A DNA stretch of 64,000 bases from an uncultured candidatus Brocadiaceae bacterium. Its GTDB lineage: Bacteria; Planctomycetota; UBA11346. This document shows, one piece after another, positions 48,560-58,870 of the stretch (position 1 is the stretch's first letter; every line of letters starts with the position of its first letter). A program made the position numbers and the translations under genes. The stretch spans positions 15,985-79,984 of the forward strand of contig CAZTGE010000001.1 of the NCBI GenBank assembly GCA_964612995.1, written 5' to 3'. The notes below the pieces were generated by a model, which did not search any database, was not told where the DNA came from, and worked only from the letters and a program-made list of their open reading frames with translations.

Positions 48560-49165
48560 ATGCGCATCCGCCCGCTCGACATCGCGATCATCTGCGCGGG
48601 CGTGGCCGGCGGCGTCGCGCTCGGTGCCTGGCTCGCTAGCGCCCCGGAAGCACAGTCGCTCATGGCCCCCGCGCACGCGCGGCGTGACCCCGGCGCACCA
48701 GTGACGACCAGCGAACACGGGGTGCCGAGAGCCGCGGTGCAGCCGGCACAGCACACGCCCCCCCCTACGGACCCGATCCACGTCAACGCCCCTGGCGACC
48801 CAGCCGTCCGGACCAGGTCGATCAGCCCCTGTCTCGCGCGCTCCATGGCCATTCCGCCATCGGACCTCGAACGCTGGTACGGACCCGACGCGCCCGCGTG
48901 CGCCCGTGCGTCAACGCGGCCCGACGATGGCGCGTTGTCCCGTTCCTGGGTCAGCGCAGCGCTCGCCCGCTTGCAGCGACGATCGCAGGATCCGGAGTGG
49001 TCTGTCGAGGCCCAGCCCCCCCGCCCCGAGTCCGCCCCCCCCCCTGTGCCAGGCGGTCCCGCTGCCAGTGCGGTGCGCATCCGCAATGCCTGGACGGCGG
49101 GATTCCATCGCGGCCTGACCAGCCGCCGCTGGCACCATCATCCACCGCCAGGCAGCGATGGCTGA
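48560..49165 (+). CDS. hypothetical Pro/Ala-rich protein with an N-terminal TM
   Basis: Starts 6 nt after the previous stop. Low-complexity composition, so weak support. Confidence 0.3.
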   Translation: MRIRPLDIAIICAGVAGGVALGAWLASAPEAQSLMAPAHARRDPGAPVTTSEHGVPRAAVQPAQHTPPPTDPIHVNAPGDPAVRTRSISPCLARSMAIPPSDLERWYGPDAPACARASTRPDDGALSRSWVSAALARLQRRSQDPEWSVEAQPPRPESAPPPVPGGPAASAVRIRNAWTAGFHRGLTSRRWHHHPPPGSDG

Positions 49166-49256
49166 GAGCCGTCGCCACACGACGCTGCTGACACAGCCCG
49201 TTGCGACACGTCGGACCCGGCGTTGGCCAGGCCAGCTTCATGGCATGATCCCGCCT

Positions 49257-49391
49257 ATGCGGCGGATATTGGTCCTGGTCCTGCTTGCCCTGGCCCTGCT
49301 TACTGGCCTGAGTGCGTGCGTCGACGCCGGCAGAGAGTCGGCCAACCCCTACGCATCGCCCGACCACGGCATCGGCTACCACTACCACTGA
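49257..49391 (+). CDS. possible small lipoprotein (44 aa)
   Basis: MRRILVLVLLALALLTGLSAC-V lipobox-like signal. Very short. Confidence 0.25.
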   Translation: MRRILVLVLLALALLTGLSACVDAGRESANPYASPDHGIGYHYH

Positions 49392-49581
49392 GGCTCGCCC
49401 AACCGGTGACTCAGCCGCCCTCCGACTTGATCAGCCCGTTGGTCGCTTGCTGGTGACCGGGGCATCATACGCACGCGACAGCCGATCATCTGTGCCGAGG
49501 CCGCATCTGATCGCCTCCCCTCAATCGGCTGGGTCGTGCCAGGTGCGCTGCGGAACGATCGTTGGCAGCGCGGCCAAAGGA

Positions 49582-49615
49582 AACGCCCCGTGACCTGGGC
49601 AGGTCGCGGGGCGTT
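49582..49615 (-). terminator. candidate intrinsic terminator for the minus-strand HEAT / coiled-coil / small-protein operon
   Basis: 16-bp stem AACGCCCCGTGACCTG / CAGGTCGCGGGGCGTT with a 2-nt loop (one G-U). On the minus-strand transcript it is followed by UCCUUUGG. Confidence 0.45.
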
Positions 49616-49654
49616 CATGCTGCGCGCGGCAGCCGGTAGCGGCGGAGCTCACCC

Positions 49655-49816
49655 TCAGGGCATGCCGCTGCGGAAGAAGTCCTGACTGTAGGCCTGGGTC
49701 ATGTCCTCGTCGCTGTAGCGCTCGATGCTGCGATAGAGGAAGACGATCGCGCAGACGATGGCCGCGAAGGTCACCAGGCTCAGGCCCATGTAGGTCTTGT
49801 TGTTCTCGGGTTCCAT
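49655..49816 (-). CDS. small membrane protein (53 aa), not in the ORF track
   Basis: Hand translation gives MEPENNKTYMGLSLVTFAAIVCAIVFLYRSIERYSDEDMTQAYSQDFFRSGMP. One TM. Sits 29 nt downstream of the coiled-coil gene. Confidence 0.35.
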   Translation of the reverse strand: MEPENNKTYMGLSLVTFAAIVCAIVFLYRSIERYSDEDMTQAYSQDFFRSGMP

Positions 49817-49844
49817 GTGGCGTCCTCCCCTTGCCCGACCTGCT

Positions 49845-50735
49845 TCAGAACAGACGGTTCTGGGCGTTGTCGCCCTGCTTGATCTCTGCGCCGCGGGTAT
49901 TCCAGGTGTCGCTGATCACGCGGCAGGCGACCATGTCGTCGAGCACGCGTTCGGCGCGGACCTTGACGATGTACTGGTTGTCGCGGTAGACGATGAACTC
50001 CATGCCTTCCTGGACCTCTTCCTGCTCGCCAACGGTGAGCATGACCAGATCCTGCTGTCCTTCGGGGTTCTTGCGCACGGCGGCGACGATGCCGTGCACC
50101 ACCTGACCGACGTCGACCTTGTCGGTGGTGATGTCGGTCCACACCCGCGGGTGGTTTGTGCGCACCAGGGCAAGATAGGCATCCTTGCGCTTGGCCTCCT
50201 GCTCGAGGTCCTGAATGGTCATCTCGAGTCGGTTGTTGGCGGTCTGGGCGTTGTTCAGATCGTCTTCGACCTCTGCCAGCTTGACGTTGAGCTGGAAGGC
50301 GACCGCGCGTGAGACCTGGGCGATGTGGTTGAGCTCGGCAGCCCGGTCGCGCGCGATCTTGAGCGACGATTCGAGGCTCTCGATCCGCTTCTCCTTGGCC
50401 TTGATCGTGTTTTCCTTGGACCGTAGATCCGAGGCGGCGATTGCCAGATCCTCGTCCTTGGTGGTGATGGTCTGGATGTGCTGTTCGATCTCGGCCTGGG
50501 CACCCTCGAGGTCGGCGGCGAGACGGACCTTGGCCTGTTCGGCCTGCATCCGATTGAAGCTGTGACCTTCGATCTCGCCCTTCACCGCGTTGAGCTGCTC
50601 CGCCAGCTCCTTGGAGTCTTGATGCCAGCGGCGCTTCCAGTGCTCCTGATACGCGAACGACGTCATGGCGAAGTACGCCAGCGCCAGGCTGAGCAGCATG
50701 TTGATGATGATGAAAACCTTGGTGGTGGTGTTCAT
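49845..50735 (-). CDS. membrane-anchored coiled-coil protein
   Basis: ATG 50735 preceded by GGAG. N-terminal TM (VFIIINMLLSLALAYFAM), about 200 aa of heptad-like Glu/Lys/Leu-rich sequence, then a globular C-terminus. Lower GC than surroundings. Confidence 0.55.
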   Translation of the reverse strand: MNTTTKVFIIINMLLSLALAYFAMTSFAYQEHWKRRWHQDSKELAEQLNAVKGEIEGHSFNRMQAEQAKVRLAADLEGAQAEIEQHIQTITTKDEDLAIAASDLRSKENTIKAKEKRIESLESSLKIARDRAAELNHIAQVSRAVAFQLNVKLAEVEDDLNNAQTANNRLEMTIQDLEQEAKRKDAYLALVRTNHPRVWTDITTDKVDVGQVVHGIVAAVRKNPEGQQDLVMLTVGEQEEVQEGMEFIVYRDNQYIVKVRAERVLDDMVACRVISDTWNTRGAEIKQGDNAQNRLF

Positions 50736-50766
50736 GACTCCAGAACTCCCGGATTGGATGCTATCG

Positions 50767-53103
50767 TTACTCTGCCTTGGCACCTGGGGCGCGAACGTCG
50801 AAGCGACGCAGCCGCTCGTAATCCCACAGCGTCGCGGGCTCGGTTCCGCGCCCATGGCCTACGGCCCGGGACGCGGCTTCGCGCACGATGAGCTGATCGG
50901 CTTCCAACGCGCCGGCGATGATGTCGATCGCCGACGGGGTATTGGGATTGAGCAGCCCGATGGCGTAGAGGAAGGCGGCCCGGACCTCGGGCTTGGTCGC
51001 CAGCACCTCCGCCTGCGATTCGTAGACCTCGGTGACGCGATCGATCTTCGATGCGTCGCCGGTCAGGCCGAGCGCATGCAGCGCGGCGATGCGGATGTCG
51101 TCGTCGCGCTCGGCGATGGTACCCACGAGGGCATCGGCCGCCTGGGAGATGTCGAACTGGGAGGTCACCGGGTCGATCGCGCCCAGCGCCTTGGCGGCGT
51201 TGAGGCTGACCTGTTCCCGTTGGGCCCGGTTGAGGTCGGGCAGGGTGTGGTCACCGAGGGCATTCTCGATCAGGCCCTTCATCTCGGTCCCGCTGTACGG
51301 CCGCTGGACGAAGCCCGCGACCTTGCCTTCGAAGGCGTCCTTGATCTTCGCGGCCAGCTCCTTGTTCTCCGGCACGGCGATGAAGATCGGCGTGTCGGCG
51401 GTGGCCGGGTCGTCGCTGAACAGCTCGACCAGGCCGGCTGGGGTCTGCTCCTTGACATCGATGACCACGCCGTGCTCGTCGCGCAAGGCCGGCTGCAGGG
51501 TGCCGCTGATGATGATCGCATCCTTGACCGGAGTCTTGTTGAGCTGGGCGCGGGCCTGGAAACCATCGTTGGCGGTGAAGGCGAGCATGCCCTTGTTCTG
51601 CAGCTCGGAGCGAGCGGTGTTGCGGTGACGGAAGTCCTCTTCGAGCACCAGAACGGTGATCATGCCCCATTCGCCGACCGCCTCGGAGAGCAGCGGCACC
51701 ACGCGCTCGCTGTTGAAGAAGCGGATCGCGGGATCGAGGTGGGCCAGGGTGGCCGCCGCCTGAAAGCGGATGCGCTTCTCGGGGTGTTCGAGCGCGGCGA
51801 CGAGGACGGTGCCGGACTTGTCCACCATCAACCCCTCTTCACGCGAGGGCAGGGTCTGCTCGGCATCGGCCAGATGCTCGTCGCGCAGCAGTTCCATCAG
51901 CTTGATCGCGACGTCGTAGCGTTCGGAGACGATGCTCTGGCTCACCGCGCGATAGAGCATGTCCGGCTCGACCATCCGCACGTTGAGCAGGACCTCCTGC
52001 AGCGCCTCGTCGCGCTGCTCGAGCGCGGCGACCGATTCGGCCGGCTGCTGCGGCGGGTGGACCCGCTCGCGAGCGAGCTTGAGCCGAAGTTCGACCTCCT
52101 GCTTCTGCGCAGTGAGCACCGCTGCCAGCAACGGGGTATAGGCGGCGAAATCGGCGTAGTGGCTGGCCCCGTCGAACAGCAACTGTTCGGCCATCAGTTC
52201 ATTCCAGGCGTAGTAGGGCGTCTCGGTGTACTGCAGTTCCAGCGCGCCTTCGGCCGGATCCTCGACCCAACGCCACATCAGGCTCTCGTTGGCCACCACC
52301 TCGTCGCGGACGTGGTCGCCATCGCGGAAGTAGCGCATCGCCTCCTGGAAATAGAGCTCGGATGCCTCGGGTATGGTCGCCATGCTGGAGCGGGCAGCGA
52401 TGGCCGCGATGCTGTTGCGACAGACGTTCTTGACCTCCTGGCTGTGGTCGGAGTCGTTGGCCATCTGCACCAGCTTGGGCATGGCGCGCGGGTCGCCGAT
52501 GTCGCCGAGGATGGTCGCGACCGAGGACAGCAGCGCCGGATCGTCGGACTTGAGCGCCTCCTCGAGCGGAACCACCGCTCGCGAGCCCATCCTGGAGAGG
52601 ACCATGCGGCACCAGACCTTGAAGTCCTGCTGGCGGGTCTCGTGGAGCTTGTCGACCAGCAGCGGCACCGCGATCGGGCCGATGGATACCAGCTCGTAGG
52701 TGGCGGCCAGCCGCTCCTTCTCGCTGCCACGCAGCTTGGTGATCAGCAGATCGAGATAGCGGGGATCGGTCCGCAGCTGCTTGTGGTAGATCCGGGCCTT
52801 GCGCAACACATCGCGCATGACGTCTTCGAGCTCGGCCTTCTCGGCCATGCGCAGTACCAGGGCGTCACCGGCCTTGCGGTAGAACTCGAACACCAGGCGG
52901 TTGCTCGGCTCGAGGCTCAAGGCGTCGTTGAAGCGCAGCGCGGCTTCGTCGAAGCGTCCGCTGCGATACAGCCGCAGCGCCTCGCTGAAGAGCTCGCGGA
53001 CCTGGTCCTCGGGGGCGGCGCTGGAATCGGGATCCAGCGGTTCGGCGGCAAAACCGAATCCGCACACAACCACCATCAAGGCGACCGCAAGCACTCTGCG
53101 CAT
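50767..53103 (-). CDS. secreted HEAT/PBS-lyase-like repeat protein (778 aa)
   Basis: Signal peptide MRRVLAVALMVVVCGFGFA. Multiple repeats of the type AxxLGxIGDxxAxxxL (e.g. ATILGDIGDPRAMPKLVQM, AAKALGAIDP, ALHALGLTGD). Confidence 0.7.
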   Translation of the reverse strand: MRRVLAVALMVVVCGFGFAAEPLDPDSSAAPEDQVRELFSEALRLYRSGRFDEAALRFNDALSLEPSNRLVFEFYRKAGDALVLRMAEKAELEDVMRDVLRKARIYHKQLRTDPRYLDLLITKLRGSEKERLAATYELVSIGPIAVPLLVDKLHETRQQDFKVWCRMVLSRMGSRAVVPLEEALKSDDPALLSSVATILGDIGDPRAMPKLVQMANDSDHSQEVKNVCRNSIAAIAARSSMATIPEASELYFQEAMRYFRDGDHVRDEVVANESLMWRWVEDPAEGALELQYTETPYYAWNELMAEQLLFDGASHYADFAAYTPLLAAVLTAQKQEVELRLKLARERVHPPQQPAESVAALEQRDEALQEVLLNVRMVEPDMLYRAVSQSIVSERYDVAIKLMELLRDEHLADAEQTLPSREEGLMVDKSGTVLVAALEHPEKRIRFQAAATLAHLDPAIRFFNSERVVPLLSEAVGEWGMITVLVLEEDFRHRNTARSELQNKGMLAFTANDGFQARAQLNKTPVKDAIIISGTLQPALRDEHGVVIDVKEQTPAGLVELFSDDPATADTPIFIAVPENKELAAKIKDAFEGKVAGFVQRPYSGTEMKGLIENALGDHTLPDLNRAQREQVSLNAAKALGAIDPVTSQFDISQAADALVGTIAERDDDIRIAALHALGLTGDASKIDRVTEVYESQAEVLATKPEVRAAFLYAIGLLNPNTPSAIDIIAGALEADQLIVREAASRAVGHGRGTEPATLWDYERLRRFDVRAPGAKAE

Positions 53104-53274
53104 CTCGACCTCCGTTCACCACCAGACAGGACCGGTCGACTCCGGTCGCAGGGCCCGCCTGTGAGTGTGACGAGCGACTGTCGTGTCCCGATCGAACCCC
53201 TCAACCCGCTACCGAAAGGGGTGAACAATGGTGTATGATGGACCGTGGCCACCTGCGCGGCATGCTTCCCGGCC

Positions 53275-54111
53275 ATGGAATCGATCCGTCTCGCGGCTCC
53301 CGCCAAGTGCAATCTCCACCTGGAGATCCTCGGACGTCGGAGCGATGGCTACCACGCGCTCGAGACCGTGTTCCAGACCCTGGACTGGGCCGACGCGGTC
53401 GAGGTACGGGTCAAGCCCGGATCCGGCACCAGCGTGAGCGCCAGCGATCCGACGCTCGACTGCGGGCCGTCCAATCTGGCCAGGCGCGCGGTCGATCTGC
53501 TGCGGGAGCTCTGGCCCGCGCCCGAGCGGATCCACGTCCACCTCGACAAGCACCTGCCCGCAGGCGGCGGTCTCGGCGGTGGCTCGAGCGACGCTGCCGC
53601 GGTCCTGCGCGCCGGCCATCGGCTCTGGCCCGAACGCTATCCCATCGACCGCCTGCTCGCCGCGGCCGGCCGCCTCGGCGCCGACGTCCCCTTCTTCCTG
53701 CTCGGCGGCACGGCCCACGGACTCGAACGCGGCGACCGGCTCACCCTGCTCGATGACCTGCCGCGGCACGAGCTGACGCTGTTGCTGCCGGAGCTGTCGT
53801 GCAGCACGCCGCGTGTGTTCGCCGCCCTGCGGCCCGACGAGCGCGCATCACGCGAGGCTGCCGGCGCCACCGTCCTCGCCCGAAACCTGGCCGCCGACCC
53901 GCTAAGCGGCAGCAATCGCCTCACTGCGGCCTGTGCCCGGGCCTATCCCGCGATGGGCCGACTGTTCGATTCGCTCACCGCCGCGGGCCACGCATGGCTG
54001 CTCGCAGGCTCGGGTAGCACGGTGATCCTCTTCGGGCATCACCCGGCACCGGCTGGTTGCCGCTGTGTCCACACCGCCTTCCGCCCACGCGCGCGGCTCG
54101 ACGCGACCTAG
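53275..54111 (+). CDS. ispE: 4-(cytidine 5'-diphospho)-2-C-methyl-D-erythritol kinase
   Basis: APAKCNLHLEILGRRSDGYHALETVFQ matches the IspE N-terminus. GHMP-kinase ATP motif PAGGGLGGGSSDAAA. Confidence 0.85.
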   Translation: MESIRLAAPAKCNLHLEILGRRSDGYHALETVFQTLDWADAVEVRVKPGSGTSVSASDPTLDCGPSNLARRAVDLLRELWPAPERIHVHLDKHLPAGGGLGGGSSDAAAVLRAGHRLWPERYPIDRLLAAAGRLGADVPFFLLGGTAHGLERGDRLTLLDDLPRHELTLLLPELSCSTPRVFAALRPDERASREAAGATVLARNLAADPLSGSNRLTAACARAYPAMGRLFDSLTAAGHAWLLAGSGSTVILFGHHPAPAGCRCVHTAFRPRARLDAT

Positions 54112-54183
54112 CGGCAACGTATTACTCCTATTCGATCCACTCGCCGCTTGCTCGCGCCCCGCCCGGACCACATTGGTGATGCA

Positions 54184-55383
54184 ATGGGTCTCGCCCAAGG
54201 TCTCAAACACCGCGCAGCTCTGGTAACGCTCCTCGCCACGGGGGTGATCGGTGCGGTCGGCCTGGTGTTCTTCCTGGTCGCGCTGCGACCGTGCTCGGTG
54301 GACATCGCACCGGGAACCATCGTCACCTACGAACTGCGACGAGAGGTCCAGCCGGTGGGGGCCGGCGGCGAACGCGGCGAAACGCGGGTGCACAGCCAGG
54401 AGATCACCCTCGCCTGCATCGGCGACGCCAACCGGGTGATCGTACTCTCCGGCGCCGATGCCGATCGCCGTGGCGAGGTCGCGCTGATGCAGCTGGCCGA
54501 AGACGGCGCCGCCTTCCTGTTCGACGCGGCCGAGCGTCGTCTCGATCACGGACCCTGCATCGGCTTCTCACCGCGCATCCGGCTGTTCGACTTCAACCTT
54601 CTGCGCCTGCCACGCTCCCTGACCGACAGCGGCGAGGTCGAGGTCACCTACGCCGCGCTGCCCAAGGGCCGGCGCAGCGTCCCCTGTCGCATCGACCGGA
54701 TCGAGAACGGCATGGCGCCGGTGTTCCGCCTGCGGCCGGTCCGCACCATCGAGTGGCCCCACCCCGCGCTCGATGGGCGCTACGTCAAGATCCGCGACCT
54801 GGAAGCACGCTATCGCTTCGACCGCCGGCTGGGGATGGTCGATCGGGCGGATGTCGATTTCATCCTCGCGCACGAGGGCGACGCCGAGGCGCCGATCAAG
54901 CGCTACGCCATCCGCCTCAGCCTGCGGCTGGCAGAACACGACCAGGTCGGCAACAGCGAGGTCGCCAGCCTCGGCGACCTCGCCCTGACCAGCGTGCGCG
55001 CCCAATCGCTGCTCGAGGACGGGCGCCATGCCTCCCTCGGGCCCTACGCCGAACGGTTGCGGCGGGCGACCGTCGACCACCCCCGGCTGCGCCGCTTCGT
55101 CGAGCAGCTGTTGACCGACGCCCGCATGGAACAGCTGCGGGCCAGCCACGACCGCTGGGCGGTGCGCGTTGCCAGCGTCGGCCTCGCCCGGCTCGCTGCG
55201 GCCAGACAGGTGGCGCGGGAACTGGTCGCCGACGGCTACCACGCCTTCCTCCGACGCCACGGCGAACTGGTCGCCATCTACGTCGGCCCCTATACCGACA
55301 AGCGACCCGCAGTGCTCGCGGCCATGCGTGAGCGCTTCGCCCGCAGCGACCCCTACTGGGTCCGACTGTCGTCGGACTCCTGA
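54184..55383 (+). CDS. membrane-anchored protein with a C-terminal SPOR (peptidoglycan-binding) domain
   Basis: N-terminal TM (VTLLATGVIGAVGLVFFLVAL). The last about 75 aa (WAVRVASVGLARLAAARQVARELVADGYHAFLRRHGELVAIYVGPYTDKRPA) fit the SPOR pattern. Confidence 0.65.
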   Translation: MGLAQGLKHRAALVTLLATGVIGAVGLVFFLVALRPCSVDIAPGTIVTYELRREVQPVGAGGERGETRVHSQEITLACIGDANRVIVLSGADADRRGEVALMQLAEDGAAFLFDAAERRLDHGPCIGFSPRIRLFDFNLLRLPRSLTDSGEVEVTYAALPKGRRSVPCRIDRIENGMAPVFRLRPVRTIEWPHPALDGRYVKIRDLEARYRFDRRLGMVDRADVDFILAHEGDAEAPIKRYAIRLSLRLAEHDQVGNSEVASLGDLALTSVRAQSLLEDGRHASLGPYAERLRRATVDHPRLRRFVEQLLTDARMEQLRASHDRWAVRVASVGLARLAAARQVARELVADGYHAFLRRHGELVAIYVGPYTDKRPAVLAAMRERFARSDPYWVRLSSDS

Positions 55384-55456
55384 ACGCCCGGACGGGATCG
55401 GGGCTATGGACGGCGCGCACGGGCCATAGCGTGGCCCAGCAGAGCGGAGGGACTGA

Positions 55457-56332
55457 ATGGAGATCGCAACGGTGGAAGTCGGCAAGGGCGTGGTGATCGG
55501 CGGCGAGCTGCCGGTGCTGATCATGGGGCCCTGCGTGATCGAGAGCCCGGAACACACCCTGGCCATCGCGCAGCGCCTGCGTGACCTCTGCGCCCGGCAC
55601 GCCCTGCCGCTGGTGTTCAAAGCCAGCTTCGACAAGGCCAACCGCACCAGCCATGCCAGCTATCGCGGGCCCGGCATCGCCGCCGGTCTCGCGGTGCTCG
55701 CGGCGGTGCGCGAGCAGACCGGCCTGCCGGTGACCACCGACGTGCACGAACCGCATCAGGTGGAACAGGCCGCGGACGTGGTGGATCTGCTGCAGGTACC
55801 GGCCTTCCTCTGCCGCCAGACCGACCTGCTCCAGGCCTGCGCCGCGAGCGGACGCGCGACCAGCGTCAAGAAGGGCCAGTTCCTCGCCGGCTGGGATTGC
55901 CGGCCGATCGTCGAGAAGTTCCGCGCCGCGGGTGGACGCGAGCTGGTACTGATGGAACGCGGCAACTCCTTCGGCTACAATCGCCTGGTCGCCGACCTGT
56001 GCAACCTGCCCGCGATGCGTGCGCTCGGAGTACCGGTGGTCTTCGACGGCACCCATAGCGTCCAGTCCCCCGGCGGCGGGGGCGATGTCTCGCTCGGCTC
56101 CGGCCACCTCGCCCCCGGGCTGATGCGCGCTGCGCTGGCGATGGGCTGCGAGGGGCTGTTCCTCGAAGTCCACGATGACCCCGCTGCCGCCCTGAGCGAC
56201 GGCGCCAACGTAATCCCATGCGATGAGCTCGACGGCTTCCTCGGCCAGATCCGCACTCTGCACGACGCGCTCGGTCGTCCGACCGCCCATGCCGTGGATC
56301 CCCACACCCCCGGAACGCAACGACAGCGATGA
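55457..56332 (+). CDS. kdsA: 3-deoxy-8-phosphooctulonate synthase
   Basis: Full-length KdsA pattern (GPCVIES, FKASFDKANRTS, DVHE, QVPAFLCRQTDLL, FDGTHSVQ). Confidence 0.9.
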   Translation: MEIATVEVGKGVVIGGELPVLIMGPCVIESPEHTLAIAQRLRDLCARHALPLVFKASFDKANRTSHASYRGPGIAAGLAVLAAVREQTGLPVTTDVHEPHQVEQAADVVDLLQVPAFLCRQTDLLQACAASGRATSVKKGQFLAGWDCRPIVEKFRAAGGRELVLMERGNSFGYNRLVADLCNLPAMRALGVPVVFDGTHSVQSPGGGGDVSLGSGHLAPGLMRAALAMGCEGLFLEVHDDPAAALSDGANVIPCDELDGFLGQIRTLHDALGRPTAHAVDPHTPGTQRQR

Positions 56333-56600
56333 TCGATCGGACCGTCGCCCGGCTTGCACGCGATCGGGCCCGGGCCTAGCCCGGATCCCTCATGAGCAAC
56401 GTCGCGAAAAGTCGTAGCGTGCTGTCAATGCAGGGCTTCGCGATCGAGGCGGACCGGAGCGTAGCAGCGCTACGTGAGGATCCGCCGACCGAGCGAAGTC
56501 CTGTAGTGGCGGTGCGATACGGCTTTGCAGCAGTTGTATCGTGAGGGATGCGGGCTAGATTCAGCGTCGCCCACCTGGCCCACGTCGGAGGCATTCCGCG

Positions 56601-58868
56601 ATGACCACCCGCCCCCTCGCCACCTTGCTGGCTCTGGCCGCGCTGCTCGCGCCGGCCGGCGCAGAGGATGGCGACGCGGCGCTGGAGCGCGCGGCCGACG
56701 CAGCTGAGAAACTCCACGCCATGGCCGTTCGCGTCGGGCATATCTGGACCTGTTTCCAGATCGAAGGGTGGAACGCCACCCATGGCGATCCGCCGGCGCG
56801 AGTGCGCGAGCTCATCGACGGACGCCGGATAGAGAGCCACGGCGACCCCTGGTGGGCCTTCCCTCAGGACATCCGCCGCCATTGGGTGCACAGCGACTGG
56901 ATCGGGGTCATGCTCCACGACAGCTTCTGGCGGCTGAGCCATGACGGCCGTCCGCTGCATCTGCCGGTGCCGATGGCTGTCAACTCCCAGCGCAGCGGGG
57001 TCGCGGAGAACGGCCGCATCGTGGCGGTAGCCGAGCTCGACCAGGGCCGCCTCGGCCGCGCGCCGGTGGTCCGGGTGCGCCTGCACGCGCTGCCGGACCC
57101 CGGCGAGCCCGTTCCGCGCAGGCCGGTGGTGCTGGCCTCGGTCGACCAGTCGCTGCCGCCCCTGGGGCACGAACGCCATCGCGCCCACCTCCCCGATGAG
57201 CTCGCCATCTCCATTGACGGCTCTGGCGTGGCCGTGGCCACCGATCGCAGCATCCCGCACGCGCCGGGCGTCTACCTCTACACCTTGAGCGGTGAGCTGC
57301 TACGGCTGAAGCGCCACTTCGAGACCCACGCCGATCCCCGAGCGGTGGGGCCGACCGCCAGCTGGCTCATCTGCCGCGACGTGATGCGTGAGTCGATGAT
57401 CCTCTGGACCAAGCAGGGGCAAGGCCCGGAGGAGATCGTCACCATCGAGGACTATGCCGCCGGGGGGGGCATCGCGGTGGTGCGCACGGCCGAATCAGGC
57501 CTGATGCGGGTTTGGGGCGGCAGGGCACAGCCCTGGCAGCCAGCGGGGATCACGATCAGCGAACGACCCGACTTGTGGAGCATCGGCCGCTGGCTGGTGA
57601 TCGGCACCGGCCACGGAGCCCAGGCCCCGGCGACCACCGATCTGCTCGGCAACCCGCTCCCGGCGATCGAACGCCCCTACGCCCTGGCCTTCTACCGCTG
57701 GGCCGACCTCAGCGATGACGCGGACGCGGGCCCTGTCGAGGTGATCGAGATGGATGCCGTCCGCGCCGAGGCGCATTCGCTCGCGCTGCTCCACTGGTCC
57801 GGGCCCCAACTGCAGATCCTCGACCTGCGCGGCGAGCGCCCCCGGCTCCAGCCGCTGGCCGCTTTCTCGCAGCCGATCGCCTCGGCGCGCAGCGACCACC
57901 ACCATTATCGCGTCAGCCTCGCCGACGGCGAACAGGTGATCATCGATCGCGACGCGACCGAGCTCTGGCGCGCTCCGGCCGCGGCGTGCGAGGTCCACAG
58001 CCGACGCCACGCCCTGATCCGCCGCGACGACCGCCACCTGCTGGTCCATCTCGACGCCGACCCCGCCGCACGGCGCGAGGTCCACCTCGTCGGCCTCGAC
58101 ACGATGCGGGTCGAGATCGACAGCCACCTGCGCTTCATCCGCAGCGGGCGCGGCGAGTCCCGGCGCTACTGGCGACCCGACGGCCAACCGCTCACTGACC
58201 CCGCGCGGGTCGAACAGCTCGACACCCTGCGCCGCTTCCGCGCCGACAACACCTGCGGCAGATACTACCGGCAACACGGCCGCTTGATCCCCAAGCACCG
58301 GGGAACCGAGAACGCCCCGCCGTCGGATGTCTGGCGCCCGATCGATGCCTGCCGGCTGCGACGGCAGATGCTGGTGCTCGATCATGATCAACTGGTCTAT
58401 GCCAGCGACCGCTCGCTGAAGGAATGGTCGATCCTCGGACCGGTCGATGGCGGCGACACCTTCCGTCTGTTCGAAGGAGCGGTCCACGTCGCCTTCCACC
58501 ATCGGACCCAACGCGGCCCCGAGGACTGGCCGTGTACCTGGGAACTGCGCGCCCGTCTGGCCGAGGAGGATACGCTCGAGGCGGAGTGGATCACCCTGGT
58601 CGAGCCGTCCCGCGGCGGCGGCCGCCGCGACAGCCCCTACGCCCGGGTGGGCGATCTGCCCGATCACAACTGGCGACTGCATGACCGTCGCCTGCGCTTC
58701 GTCATCCCCCCCAAGGCCGAGGAACGTCGCTGGGACCACGACACCCAGGGCTGGACCCCGCTGCGCCTGCGACCGCTGCGCGGCAGCGCCGCCCTGGCGA
58801 TCACCCCCAGCCTGGTCCTGCGCCTCGACCGCCGGGCGATGACCGTCCTGAGCGTGATGGAGGACTAG
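56601..58868 (+). CDS. large secreted hypothetical protein (755 aa), Trp/His/Arg-rich
   Basis: Signal peptide MTTRPLATLLALAALLAPAGA. No recognisable family. Confidence 0.5.
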   Translation: MTTRPLATLLALAALLAPAGAEDGDAALERAADAAEKLHAMAVRVGHIWTCFQIEGWNATHGDPPARVRELIDGRRIESHGDPWWAFPQDIRRHWVHSDWIGVMLHDSFWRLSHDGRPLHLPVPMAVNSQRSGVAENGRIVAVAELDQGRLGRAPVVRVRLHALPDPGEPVPRRPVVLASVDQSLPPLGHERHRAHLPDELAISIDGSGVAVATDRSIPHAPGVYLYTLSGELLRLKRHFETHADPRAVGPTASWLICRDVMRESMILWTKQGQGPEEIVTIEDYAAGGGIAVVRTAESGLMRVWGGRAQPWQPAGITISERPDLWSIGRWLVIGTGHGAQAPATTDLLGNPLPAIERPYALAFYRWADLSDDADAGPVEVIEMDAVRAEAHSLALLHWSGPQLQILDLRGERPRLQPLAAFSQPIASARSDHHHYRVSLADGEQVIIDRDATELWRAPAAACEVHSRRHALIRRDDRHLLVHLDADPAARREVHLVGLDTMRVEIDSHLRFIRSGRGESRRYWRPDGQPLTDPARVEQLDTLRRFRADNTCGRYYRQHGRLIPKHRGTENAPPSDVWRPIDACRLRRQMLVLDHDQLVYASDRSLKEWSILGPVDGGDTFRLFEGAVHVAFHHRTQRGPEDWPCTWELRARLAEEDTLEAEWITLVEPSRGGGRRDSPYARVGDLPDHNWRLHDRRLRFVIPPKAEERRWDHDTQGWTPLRLRPLRGSAALAITPSLVLRLDRRAMTVLSVMED

Positions 58869-58870
58869 GC

